DNA from: Candidatus Methylomirabilia bacterium
GTDB taxonomy: Bacteria > Methylomirabilota > Methylomirabilia > Rokubacteriales > CSP1-6
Reading direction: 5' to 3'
Length of the DNA stretch: 27,305 bases
Assembly: GCA_041496385.1 (NCBI GenBank)
Contig: JBGQEL010000052.1
Location: 1 to 27,305 of the forward strand
The notes beneath the pieces were generated by a model that worked only from the letters and a program-made list of their open reading frames with translations, was not told the origin of the DNA and ran no database searches. The position numbers were made by a program, and so were the translations under genes. Positions 1 through 8,681 of the stretch are shown here, one piece after another (the stretch's first letter is position 1; every line of letters begins with the position of its first letter).

Positions 1-128
1 CCCACTCGCCCGATCGCCGCTCTTCGAGCGGCGGACGAGACTCGGGGGTCCCACTTCGCCGGCTGCGCGGGCACCGCCCGCGGCGCCACCCGTCCGGCCT
101 CGGTATCGTCGTTCGTGAAGAGCCCGGG
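1..128. repeat. REP/MITE-like palindromic intergenic element (partial)
   Basis: Short GC hairpins CCGCTC-TTC-GAGCGG and GCGGGC-ACC-GCCCGC; ends directly at the CTAG holding the MFS stop. Only one copy is visible. Confidence 0.35.
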
Positions 129-1352
129 CTAGCCGATCATCTCGGGCTGCCGCGCGAGCGGGAGCACGGGCGAGGTCAGGATCACGGAGGCCTGGACGAG
201 GAATCCGGCAGCGGCCGCGACGAGGCAGGCCTCAGCGCCGTAGACGCCTCCCACCAGCGCGCCGAGCGCGGCGCCGATGGGTCGCGCCCCGTAGCCCGCG
301 ATGTTGATCGCGGACACGCGGCCCAGGAGCGCGGCCGGGGTGACGCTCTGACGAAGCGTGGTGGTGCTGATCACCCAGACGATCGGGCCCACGCCCATCA
401 GGAAGAAGCTGAGCCCCGCGAGCACGCCCGACGGCGTCCAGATCGTCAGGACCATGACGAGCGCGGCGGCGAGCCCGGCGATCGGTCCGATGGCGACGAC
501 GACGCCGAAGGGCAGGGTCCGCATGATCCGCGCGGCCAGCAACGCGCCGACGATCATGCCGACGCCGTAGACGGCGAGCGTGGCGCCGACGCCCCCGGCG
601 GAGAGCCCGAGCCCGTGGATCGCGTAGGGCACGTAGACCGCCTGGAGCATGAAGAACGCGGTGTTGAAGACGACCTGCGTCAGAAAGACGGGCAGGAGCA
701 GCGCGTGGCCGAACACGAAGCCCGCGCCCTCTCGGAGATCGTGCAGCGGATGGCGAGGCCGAAGCGCCGGCCGGGCCGGCTCGTGCAGACCGGCGAGCAG
801 AAACACCGCGCAGGTCGACAGCGCCGCCGCGACGCCGAACGCGGGCGCGGCGCCGGTCCAGCCGACGAGCGCGCCGGCCAGCGCCGGGCCGGCGGTGAAG
901 GCGACGGTGCGGGCAAGCTCGAGCCGCCCGTTCGCGGCGGCGAGCGCGTGGGCCGGCACGAGCACCGGCACGAGCGCCGGCGCGGCCACGCTGTAGGCGA
1001 CGGTCCCGCACGCCCCGACGAAGCCCAGCAGCGCCAGCCGCGGCAGCGTCAGCAGCCCGAGGGCCGCGAGGGCGAGAATGCCCAGGAGCGCCAGGACACG
1101 CAGAGCCTCGGCCGAGGCCATGAGGCGGCGGCGCGACGTGCGGTCGACCAGCACGCCCGCCGGAATCGACAGCAGCAGGAACGGCAACGTCTGCGCGGTC
1201 TGGAGCCACCCGGTCTCGCCCGCGCCCGCGCCGAGGGCGAGGGCGGCCACGAGGGGCGCCGCGGCCACGCCGACCTGCTCGGCCGACTGCGCCGCAAGGT
1301 TGGACCAGGCGAGACGATTGAAGGCCGGGCTGAGGGACCGCTGGGCGAGCAT
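129..1352 (-). CDS. MFS transporter, about 407 aa
   Basis: About 12 hydrophobic segments; motif A-like GVLVDRTSRRRLM; C-terminal LRQSVTPAALLGRV. Start trimmed to MLAQRSL because the upstream part overlaps the divergent gene. Confidence 0.9.
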   Translation of the reverse strand: MLAQRSLSPAFNRLAWSNLAAQSAEQVGVAAAPLVAALALGAGAGETGWLQTAQTLPFLLLSIPAGVLVDRTSRRRLMASAEALRVLALLGILALAALGLLTLPRLALLGFVGACGTVAYSVAAPALVPVLVPAHALAAANGRLELARTVAFTAGPALAGALVGWTGAAPAFGVAAALSTCAVFLLAGLHEPARPALRPRHPLHDLREGAGFVFGHALLLPVFLTQVVFNTAFFMLQAVYVPYAIHGLGLSAGGVGATLAVYGVGMIVGALLAARIMRTLPFGVVVAIGPIAGLAAALVMVLTIWTPSGVLAGLSFFLMGVGPIVWVISTTTLRQSVTPAALLGRVSAINIAGYGARPIGAALGALVGGVYGAEACLVAAAAGFLVQASVILTSPVLPLARQPEMIG

Positions 1353-1422
1353 GGCCACCCGGATATACGTGTCGGCGCGCCCGTCCGGGTGGAATCGACC
1401 CGCATGTACAATGCCTCCCAGC

Positions 1423-3495
1423 ATGAGCGCGACGGGCACGCTGGCCATCGACGTGGGCGGCACCTTCACCGACATCACGTTCGCCGACGCGGCCAGCGGG
1501 GCGAGCTGGGTCGCCAAGACGCCCTCGACGCCCGACGACCTCTCCGCCGGCTTCCTCACCGCCGTGCGCAAGGTGCTCGCCCTCGCCGGCCGCGGGCCGG
1601 CGGACGTGATCCGCGTGCTGCACGGGACGACGACGGCGACCAACGCCATCCTCGAGGGCAAGACGCCGCCGACGGCGCTCGTCACCACGGCCGGCTTCAA
1701 GTACGTGCTCGAGATCGGCCGCCATGATATTCCGCGACACGGCAACCTCTACGGCTGGAGCAAGCCCACGCGGCCGATCACGCCCGATCGCGTCTTCGAG
1801 GTCACCGAGCGCCTCGACGCGCGGGGCGCGGTGCTGGCCGCGCTCGACGACGCCGAGGCGCGGGCGGTGGCGCGCCAGCTCGCCCAGCTCGGCGTGCCGG
1901 CGGTCGCCGTGGTGTTCCTGCACGCCTACGCGAACCCGGCGCACGAGCAGCGCATGGCCGCCATCCTGCGCGACGAGTATCCCGAGGTCCTCGTCTCGCT
2001 CTCGTCCGAGGTGCTGCCGCAGTTCCGCGAGTTCGAGCGGAGCATGGCGACCGCGCTGAACGCCGCCGTGATGCCGCCGGTGAGCCGCTACATGAGCGTG
2101 CTGCGCGAGGCGCTCGACGCCGAGGGCGTCCGGGCGCCGCTCCTCATCATGAAGTCCGACGGCGGCGTGACAAGTGCGGCCACCTGCATCCGCCAGCCCG
2201 TCCAGACGGTCCTCTCCGGGCCGGCGGCGGGCGTCGTCGGCGCGCTCAGCGTGGCGCGCGCGGCCGGCCTCGAGGACATCATCTCCATCGACGTCGGCGG
2301 CACGAGCGCCGACATCTGCCTGGTCCGCGGCGGGCGACCGGAGATCACGAAGGACGGCACGATCGGCCCGTTCCCCCTGAAGCTGCCGATGCTCGACATC
2401 CACACCATCGGCGCCGGCGGCGGCAGCATCGCGATCGCGAGCGGGGCCGGGCGCCTCGGCGTCGGACCGCGCAGCGCGGGCGCCGAGCCAGGCCCCGTGT
2501 GCTACGGCCGCGGCGGGGCGGAGCCGACCGTCACCGACGCCCACCTGGTGCTCGGCCGCATCCCCCAGGCGCTGCTCGGAGGGGAGCTGCCGCTCCAGGC
2601 CGGCGCGGCGCGCGCCGCCATCGAGGCGCGGATCGCCCGGCCCCTCGGGCTCAGCGTCGAAGAGGCCGCGGCGGGGATCGTCGAGATCATCGACAACTCC
2701 ATGGCGCGCGCGATCCGGCTGGTCTCGGTGGGACGCGGCCACGATCCCCGCCGCTTCGCGCTGGTCGGCTTCGGCGGCGCGGGGCCGCTGCACGCGTGCC
2801 GGCTGGCGGAGCTGCTCGAGATCCCCGTCGTCGTCGTGCCGCCGCGGCCGGGCGTGCTGTCGACGTGGGGGCTGCTCGACACGGACATCCGCGCGACGTT
2901 CGTGCTCACGGCCGGCGAGGCCGCGCGGCGGGCCACGAGCGGCGCGGGCGACGTCGCGGCGGCGGACGCGCTCTGGGCCGGGCTCGAGGCGCAGGCGCGC
3001 GCCTGGCTCGACGAGGAGCAGGTGCCGCGCGACCGGCAGCGGCTCGAACGCTCCGCCGACCTGCGCTACGAGCACCAGAGCTTCGAGCTGACGTGCGCGC
3101 TCGGCGAGGGCGCGCTCAGCCAGGCGCGTCTCGGCGAGCTCGTCTCTACCTTCCACGCCGAGCACCGGCGCCTCTACAGCTACGACCTGCCCGCGGCGCC
3201 GGTCGAGCTGGTGAACCTGCGCGTCACGGCGATCGGCCGCCTGCCCCAGCGCGCGGCGCTCGCGCCGCGCGCGAACGGCGCGGACGCCGGCCGCGCGCTG
3301 GCCGGCGACCGGCGCGTCTACTTCGCCGGGCGCGGCTTCGCCGACTGCGCCTGCTACGCGCGCGGCCGACTCTCGCCGGGCATGGCCTTCGCCGGCCCGG
3401 CCCTCGTCGACCAGGAGGACGCCACGACCCTGGTGGCCCCGGGCTTCAGGGCGCGCGTCGACCACGCGGCGAATCTCATCCTGGAGCGCGCATGA
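1423..3495 (+). CDS. Hydantoinase/oxoprolinase family subunit A (ATP-binding)
   Basis: Motifs DVGGTFTD, HGTTTATNA, LSGPAAG, DVGGTSAD, IGAGGGS, SAGAEPGP. TACAAT at 1407-1412. Confidence 0.93.
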   Translation: MSATGTLAIDVGGTFTDITFADAASGASWVAKTPSTPDDLSAGFLTAVRKVLALAGRGPADVIRVLHGTTTATNAILEGKTPPTALVTTAGFKYVLEIGRHDIPRHGNLYGWSKPTRPITPDRVFEVTERLDARGAVLAALDDAEARAVARQLAQLGVPAVAVVFLHAYANPAHEQRMAAILRDEYPEVLVSLSSEVLPQFREFERSMATALNAAVMPPVSRYMSVLREALDAEGVRAPLLIMKSDGGVTSAATCIRQPVQTVLSGPAAGVVGALSVARAAGLEDIISIDVGGTSADICLVRGGRPEITKDGTIGPFPLKLPMLDIHTIGAGGGSIAIASGAGRLGVGPRSAGAEPGPVCYGRGGAEPTVTDAHLVLGRIPQALLGGELPLQAGAARAAIEARIARPLGLSVEEAAAGIVEIIDNSMARAIRLVSVGRGHDPRRFALVGFGGAGPLHACRLAELLEIPVVVVPPRPGVLSTWGLLDTDIRATFVLTAGEAARRATSGAGDVAAADALWAGLEAQARAWLDEEQVPRDRQRLERSADLRYEHQSFELTCALGEGALSQARLGELVSTFHAEHRRLYSYDLPAAPVELVNLRVTAIGRLPQRAALAPRANGADAGRALAGDRRVYFAGRGFADCACYARGRLSPGMAFAGPALVDQEDATTLVAPGFRARVDHAANLILERA

Positions 3496-5306
3496 GGGGG
3501 GAGTCACGCGCCGGCGTCGATCCGATCACGCTCGAGATCATCCGCGGCGCGCTGACCTCGACGATCCGCGAGATGGAGCTCCTGATGGAGCGCTGCGCGA
3601 TGTCGCCCTTCATCAAGGAGAAGAAGGACTTCTTCGTCGGCATCTACGACCGCGGCGGCCGTATCGTGGCCTGCCACATCTCGGCGAGCGGCCCGGGCAT
3701 GCTGGCGCCGATCCTCCGCACCTACCCGCTCGAGACCATGCGCCCCGGCGACGCCTACTGGTTCAATGATCCATACCTCACCGACGGCGCCGTCCAGCAT
3801 CATCAAGACATGGTCTTCGTCGTGCCCGTCTTCTTCGGGGGGACGATCGTCGGCTTCGCCGCGACGTTCGGCCACTACCAGGACATCGGCGGCCTGCGCG
3901 CGGGGAGCATCTCCCCCCACGCGACGGAGATCTATCACGAGGGCGTGCTGGTCCCGCCCGTGCGGATCATGCGCGAGGGGCGACTCAACGAGGAGGCGTA
4001 CCGGATCTTCCTGCGCAACTCGCGCCTGCCCGACATGGTCGAGGGCGACACGCGCGCCATGATGGCCTCCTGCCGGATCGCCGAGACGCGGCTGGCCGAG
4101 CTGTTCGCGCGCTATGGCGAGGCGACGGTGCTCGCCGCGTTCGACGCCGGCATCGCCCAGACGGCCGCGCGCGCCCGCGAGCTGTTCCTCTCACTGGTGC
4201 CCGAGGGCTCGTGGACCTTCCACGACTTCCTCGACGGCGACGGCGGCGCGGACTCGCGGCCCTACCGCGTCGAGCTGACGCTCTCGCGCGAGGGCGACCG
4301 CGTGACGCTCGACGGCTCGCGGTCCGACGACCAGGCCCGCGGGCCGATCAACTACGTGACCAATCCGGGGCTGCTGCGCATCGCCTTCGGGCGCTACCTC
4401 CAATCGCTCGACGGGGACCTGGACGTGAACGAGGGACTGCTCGCCAACCTCGACGAGTGGATCGCGCGCGAGGGCAGCCTGCTGAAGCCGCGCTTCCCCG
4501 CGCCGCTCGGCATGCGCGCCAACACGCGCTTCCGCGTCATGTCCTGCATCTTCGGCGCGCTCGCGCAGGCCAACGGCGGGCGCGTCCCCGCGGGCTCGCC
4601 CGTCTACGTCCTCTACTACTTCCGCGCCTGGGACGAGACGCGCCGGCGGCCCATCCTCTGCATCGAGGGGCTCGGCGTCGGGCTCGGCGCGCGGCCCTTC
4701 GCCGACGGCGTGGACGTCATCTACTACATCGCCCAGGAGAACTACCCCGTCGAGTACGTCGAGCGCGACTTCCCGCTGCGGGTCGAGCGCTACGCCGTGC
4801 GCCCCGACTCCGGCGGGCCGGGGCTCCACCGCGGCGGCGCCGGGGTCGTCCGTGACGTGCGCGTGCTCTGCGAGCGCGCCGAGCTGGCCACGCGCATGGA
4901 GAACACGCTCGTCGCGCCCTACGGCGTGGCGGGCGGTCGCGCCGGGCGCACGGGACGCATCGTCCTCAATCCCGGGACGCCCGGCGAGCGCCTGCTGCCG
5001 GGCCAGGGCGACGGGGTCCAGGTCACGCGCGGCGACCTCCTGCGCTTCGAGACCTGCGGCGGCGGCGGCTGGGGCGATCCCCTCGCCCGCGAGCCCCTGC
5101 GCGTCCGACAGGACGTGGCGCGCGGCTTCGTCAGCGCGCGCGGCGCGCTCGAGGACTACGGCGTCGTGCTCGACCCCGTCACGCTCGAGCCCGACAAGAC
5201 GGCCACGGAGGGCGAGCGCGCGCGCCGCGCCGGCGAGCTGCCGCTCATCGACCGCGGGCCGGGGTTCGCGGAGGCGGAGGCGCGCTGGCGGGCGCGGCGA
5301 GGCTGA
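3492..5306 (+). CDS. Hydantoinase B/oxoprolinase family subunit
   Basis: DPITLEI start, NDPY, HxxD, GHYQDIGG, RPDSGGPG, GGGGWGDP. ATGA overlap with subunit A. Confidence 0.93.
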   Translation: MRGESRAGVDPITLEIIRGALTSTIREMELLMERCAMSPFIKEKKDFFVGIYDRGGRIVACHISASGPGMLAPILRTYPLETMRPGDAYWFNDPYLTDGAVQHHQDMVFVVPVFFGGTIVGFAATFGHYQDIGGLRAGSISPHATEIYHEGVLVPPVRIMREGRLNEEAYRIFLRNSRLPDMVEGDTRAMMASCRIAETRLAELFARYGEATVLAAFDAGIAQTAARARELFLSLVPEGSWTFHDFLDGDGGADSRPYRVELTLSREGDRVTLDGSRSDDQARGPINYVTNPGLLRIAFGRYLQSLDGDLDVNEGLLANLDEWIAREGSLLKPRFPAPLGMRANTRFRVMSCIFGALAQANGGRVPAGSPVYVLYYFRAWDETRRRPILCIEGLGVGLGARPFADGVDVIYYIAQENYPVEYVERDFPLRVERYAVRPDSGGPGLHRGGAGVVRDVRVLCERAELATRMENTLVAPYGVAGGRAGRTGRIVLNPGTPGERLLPGQGDGVQVTRGDLLRFETCGGGGWGDPLAREPLRVRQDVARGFVSARGALEDYGVVLDPVTLEPDKTATEGERARRAGELPLIDRGPGFAEAEARWRARRG

Positions 5307-5793
5307 CGTGAGCCTCGGCCTCTTCGTCGTCGCCGCGCTCCTGCTCCTGATCACGCCGGGCCCGGCGGTCCTCTACATCGTGACGCGCAGCATGGACCAG
5401 GGACGGCGCGCCGGGCTGATCTCCGTGGCCGGTGTGCACGCCGGCACCTTCGTGCACGTCGGCGCCGCGGCCGCCGGCCTGTCCGCGCTGCTCGCCACCT
5501 CCGCCGTGGCGTTCACCGCTTCCTGCCCCAGTTCGTCGACGCGGCGCACGGCTCGGTCGGGGCGCAGGTCTTCGGCCTCGGCCTGCTCTTCGTCGCGCTG
5601 GGATTGATGACCGACGGACTCAACGCCCTGGGAGCCGGCACGGCGGCGACCTGGCTTCGCGGCAGCCCGCGCTTGCTCCGGAGCGGGCGCTGGATCTCCG
5701 GCACGATGTACATCGGCCTCGGCGTCGGGTGGTGTCTCAGTTTAAAATTGGCGGCTGAATCGGACCGTGTGTCTCCTGTGGCATACTCCGCTC

Positions 5794-6027
5794 ATGGCGA
5801 AGCGTCCAGCCCGGCCCCGCGACCCGATGCAGCTTGCCAAGCTGGTCGGAGATGTTGCGACCGGCGCTCGCCTGAATGACTCGACAACGGCAGCGGACAC
5901 GCCAGCAATCCAAGCACGTCGTACCGGTGGGCTCAAGGGGGGCAAGAGCAGGGCGAAGAAATTGTCCGCCCGACGCCGAAAAGAAATAGCTAGGAAAGCA
6001 GCCAGGGCTAGGTGGCGCCGGAAATAG
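5794..6027 (+). CDS. Small basic protein (often annotated histone H1-like), IS passenger
   Basis: RPRDPMQLAKLVGDVATG...GGLKGGKSRAKKLS...IARKAARARW. TG-G-CATACT extended -10 lies 6 nt upstream of the ATG. Confidence 0.75.
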   Translation: MAKRPARPRDPMQLAKLVGDVATGARLNDSTTAADTPAIQARRTGGLKGGKSRAKKLSARRRKEIARKAARARWRRK

Positions 6028-6415
6028 TCGGAGCAACCTCGTAGGTGCGTCTAGGTCCATCAAGGACAACGGCCTCGTTCAGAATGTCTCTGCCGATAAG
6101 GCCCCAGATTTCGCCATTCACCTTGAATTCATCGGTTGCAATAACGACGACTTCAAAAATCCTCCGCTCTAACTCAATGCGCGCAAAGTAGGTCGGGTCT
6201 GGTGTAGGGCGTCCATCTATCTGCCTCTCACCAGACCTTCGCAGGCCCAGCCTTCGTGCCACACCCAGTGGAATCTCTGTGTAATCCGCTCCGCTGTCCA
6301 GTAGTGCGCGAACTGGCTCAGTCGTGTCGCGGCCTAGGATTTTCCCGTGAACTACTACGGTTGCCAGGGGCGCGGCCGGTGGTCTCCCCCAGGGCGGAAT
6401 CTGATATCCGGGCAT
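6008..6415 (-). CDS. Single-domain retropepsin-like aspartic protease
   Basis: Catalytic ALLDSGADYT and C-terminal LIGRDIL motifs; 135 aa. Confidence 0.85.
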   Translation of the reverse strand: MPGYQIPPWGRPPAAPLATVVVHGKILGRDTTEPVRALLDSGADYTEIPLGVARRLGLRRSGERQIDGRPTPDPTYFARIELERRIFEVVVIATDEFKVNGEIWGLIGRDILNEAVVLDGPRRTYEVAPTISGAT

Positions 6416-6423
6416 GAAAGAGA

Positions 6424-6789
6424 CTAGCGGCGGGATGCCGGTCTAATCTGATAGGCGGGTCGTTGTTCCCCGACAAACCCAATATAGACATCGGCGGCAT
6501 CGGGGTGATCGTGGAAGAAACGTCGTGCGGTCTCGTTTTCTGAAGTTCCGTGTGCCGCCACTTGACCCCCAGAGATCACGACGTACTCACCGGCATGAGT
6601 TGTCATTAACTCGCGCAGTTTTAGGAAGAACGCTGCGCGCTCTCGTTCAAATGGCGTCAGGTCATCGGCTGGAACACCAAGCGAGAATGATGGAGACCGA
6701 GAACCGCTGGCGCCCATCACCGCACCGACGGCGATACCAGCGGCCTGACTAAGCGGTTCAGAAGTCGAAACGGTATTTACGAGCTCCAT
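6424..6789 (-). CDS. DUF5678-like protein
   Basis: FERERAAF...HAGEYVVISGGQVAAHG...VYIGFVG resembles the DUF5678 pattern. Its ATG abuts the upstream stop. Confidence 0.65.
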   Translation of the reverse strand: MELVNTVSTSEPLSQAAGIAVGAVMGASGSRSPSFSLGVPADDLTPFERERAAFFLKLRELMTTHAGEYVVISGGQVAAHGTSENETARRFFHDHPDAADVYIGFVGEQRPAYQIRPASRR

Positions 6790-7110
6790 TCACTTAGTGT
6801 ACCCCCAAAGCTGATCCCAGGACTGTTGCTCCTCGCCCACAAGGCGCTGGAGTGCGGGCGGAGGGATTACGATTTCACCATTCTCGGACTCATATCGGCG
6901 AACGTGCTGTCGGAGATAAAACACCATGCTTTTTGCGAACTCGGCAGTCACGCGGATTGTGGCAATGCGGGGCCCGCTCAGGATCTGGTTGGGCGGAGTG
7001 GTTTTGTGTGACTCTTCGGTGGAGAGCGAAAAGTGTAGGGCACACCCGTAAGTCCCCATAAACACACTAAGCCCATCCGCGAAGACATCAACCGGTTCCA
7101 AAGCAGCCAT
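6790..7110 (-). CDS. DUF3467-like protein
   Basis: VFAD...LHF...IATIRVTAEFAKSM...LRQHVRRYESENGEI resembles the DUF3467 pattern. Confidence 0.6.
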   Translation of the reverse strand: MAALEPVDVFADGLSVFMGTYGCALHFSLSTEESHKTTPPNQILSGPRIATIRVTAEFAKSMVFYLRQHVRRYESENGEIVIPPPALQRLVGEEQQSWDQLWGYTK

Positions 7111-7169
7111 AACGTTAGCACGAGCTTGACGCTTCGGGTAAGGTGGCCTGATCGAACTGAACTTTATGC

Positions 7170-7198
7170 TTGACTAGAAGAACCGCGCATATTACTAT
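7170..7198 (+). promoter_or_regulatory. Sigma70-type promoter of the transposase (probably leaderless)
   Basis: TTGACT-17 bp-TACTAT, 6 nt before the ATG at 7205. Confidence 0.75.
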
Positions 7199-7204
7199 CG
7201 CGCC

Positions 7205-8035
7205 ATGAACAGACTCCCTAGTGAGCGCCGCGCCCAGATCATCGGGATGCTCGCCGAAGGCTCTAGCCTTCGCCCCGCGAGCCGTCTCGCCGACGTGTCC
7301 ATCAACACCGTAACCAAGCTCCTGGTAGACGTGGGCGCGGCTTGCGAGCAGTACCAGGACAAGGCGCTCAGGAACCTCAAGAGCAAGCGGATTCAGTGCG
7401 ATGAGATTTGGAGTTTCGTATGCGCGAAGGCGAAGAACCTCCCCGAAGCGATGCGCGGCGCGTTCGGAGTCGGCGACGTGTGGACGTGGACGGCGCTCGA
7501 TGCGGACTCGAAGCTAGTCCCATCATGGGCGGTCGGGCGACGCGACGCCTTCACCGCGCAATCCTTCATCCGAGATCTGGCCGACCGTCTCTCCACGCGG
7601 GTCCAACTGACGACGGACGGTCACAAGGTCTACCTTGAGGCTGTCGAGGGTGCCTTCGGCTCGGAGATCGACTACGCGATGCTCGTGAAAATGTACGAGG
7701 GTGACTCCGGGCGTGAAGCTCAGGCGCGCTATAGCCCGCCAGCGTGCCTCGGGACGCGGACGGTCTGCATCACCGGCCAGCCCGATGCGCGCCATATCTC
7801 TACGAGCTACGTGGAGCGTCAGAATCTCAGCATGAGGATGGGCATGCGTCGGTTCACAGGGCTGACGAATGCCTTTTCAAAGAAGGTAGACAACCACAAG
7901 GCGGCGCTGGCGCTCTACTTCATGCACTACAATTTCGCGCGTATCCACAAGACGCTCCGGGTGACCCCGGCGATGGAGGCGGGCGTGAGCGATCATGTGT
8001 GGTCGCTGGAAGACATCGCGCAGCTTGCTGCCTAA
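7205..8035 (+). CDS. IS1-family DDE transposase (single ORF)
   Basis: N-terminal HTH (EGSSLRPASRLADVSINTV); DDE residues in CDEIW, TTDG and SYVERQN; HYNFARIHKTL and TPAMEAG tail. Confidence 0.92.
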   Translation: MNRLPSERRAQIIGMLAEGSSLRPASRLADVSINTVTKLLVDVGAACEQYQDKALRNLKSKRIQCDEIWSFVCAKAKNLPEAMRGAFGVGDVWTWTALDADSKLVPSWAVGRRDAFTAQSFIRDLADRLSTRVQLTTDGHKVYLEAVEGAFGSEIDYAMLVKMYEGDSGREAQARYSPPACLGTRTVCITGQPDARHISTSYVERQNLSMRMGMRRFTGLTNAFSKKVDNHKAALALYFMHYNFARIHKTLRVTPAMEAGVSDHVWSLEDIAQLAA

Positions 8036-8045
8036 CGAGGAGCGG

Positions 8046-8279
8046 ATGACCAAATACCAGGACCCATCTGGCCAGATTCGATATGCGAAGCGCTGGAAGC
8101 GCCAGGTAGGCTACTTGCTCTGTCTCATCCTCCCTCTCTATTTACTCACGAAGCCGGAGCCCGAAATCTGGTTTCCTCTCAGCGACAATAACTGGCCCCG
8201 CCTCTGCGCTTGGCTGGCTTTGATCGGTTGGGGAATCTACTGGGTAGCCCGGAACCCGAAGTCGAAGGAACGAAAGTGA
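8046..8279 (+). CDS. Small two-TM membrane protein, IS passenger
   Basis: GAGGAG RBS; two hydrophobic stretches; stop codon lies inside the right IR. Confidence 0.55.
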   Translation: MTKYQDPSGQIRYAKRWKRQVGYLLCLILPLYLLTKPEPEIWFPLSDNNWPRLCAWLALIGWGIYWVARNPKSKERK

Positions 8280-8406
8280 GACATTACTCGGCGTCGCGGC
8301 CACGGTGTCGAGCGGCACCCGCAAGTAGCCCAGAAAAACCCTCCGTCCGGCTCATGGCGGTGGCTCTCGATCCCGTCTACAATCGGGACGTTCGCGGGAG
8401 GGCGCC

Positions 8407-8628
8407 ATGGACGTTCTGCGGACGGTTCAGGATCAGCTCGATCACCTGCTCCGGGCGAATCGAGCGGTCTATTTCTGCGAGGCGTGCCTGGCGCTGAAGA
8501 TGGGCGCGTTTCCGCGCGAGGTGCACGACGCGTTGACGGTGATCGGGGGCCGCGGCAACCCGCTCCAGGCGGCCCCCGGACGATGCTCGGAGTGCCTCCA
8601 GGTGAAGCCGGTCATCCGCTCAGCGTAG
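8407..8628 (+). CDS. Hypothetical 73-aa protein with CxxC...CxxC
   Basis: FCEAC and RCSEC motifs; GGGAGG RBS; TACAAT upstream. Confidence 0.7.
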   Translation: MDVLRTVQDQLDHLLRANRAVYFCEACLALKMGAFPREVHDALTVIGGRGNPLQAAPGRCSECLQVKPVIRSA

Positions 8629-8681
8629 CTCGCCACGGCGCAGCGTCCCCTGCAGTCGCGGATCCATCCCACCCGCGTCCG

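Larger units (their letters stand above)
5728..8288 (+). mobile_element. IS1-family element with passenger genes, about 2561 bp
   Basis: Left end GGTGGTGTCTCAGTTT matches the right end reverse complement AGTAATGTCTCACTTT at 12/16. CGGCGTCG is duplicated at 5720-5727 and 8289-8296. GC is visibly lower than the flanks, and removal restores the LysE frame. Confidence 0.9.
5308..8328 (+). pseudogene. LysE/RhtB translocator pseudogene (internal deletion, frameshift, IS insertion)
   Basis: ITPGPAVLYIVTRSMDQGRRAG at the N-terminus. Near 5520 it jumps out of frame to FLPQFVD...GTMYIGLGV. The C-terminus AATVSSGTRK* resumes after the IS (stop 8326-8328). Confidence 0.88.

Noticed and set aside
232..3507. 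1091-aa minus-strand ORF and similar long ORFs (4191-5354, 13348-15573, 17946-19619, 24915-27023)
   Set aside because: R/A/G/P-rich shadow frames of well-supported genes, typical of high-GC DNA; no motifs.
5604..5879. 91-aa standalone ORF
   Set aside because: It is the frameshifted LysE C-terminal half reading into the IS left end.
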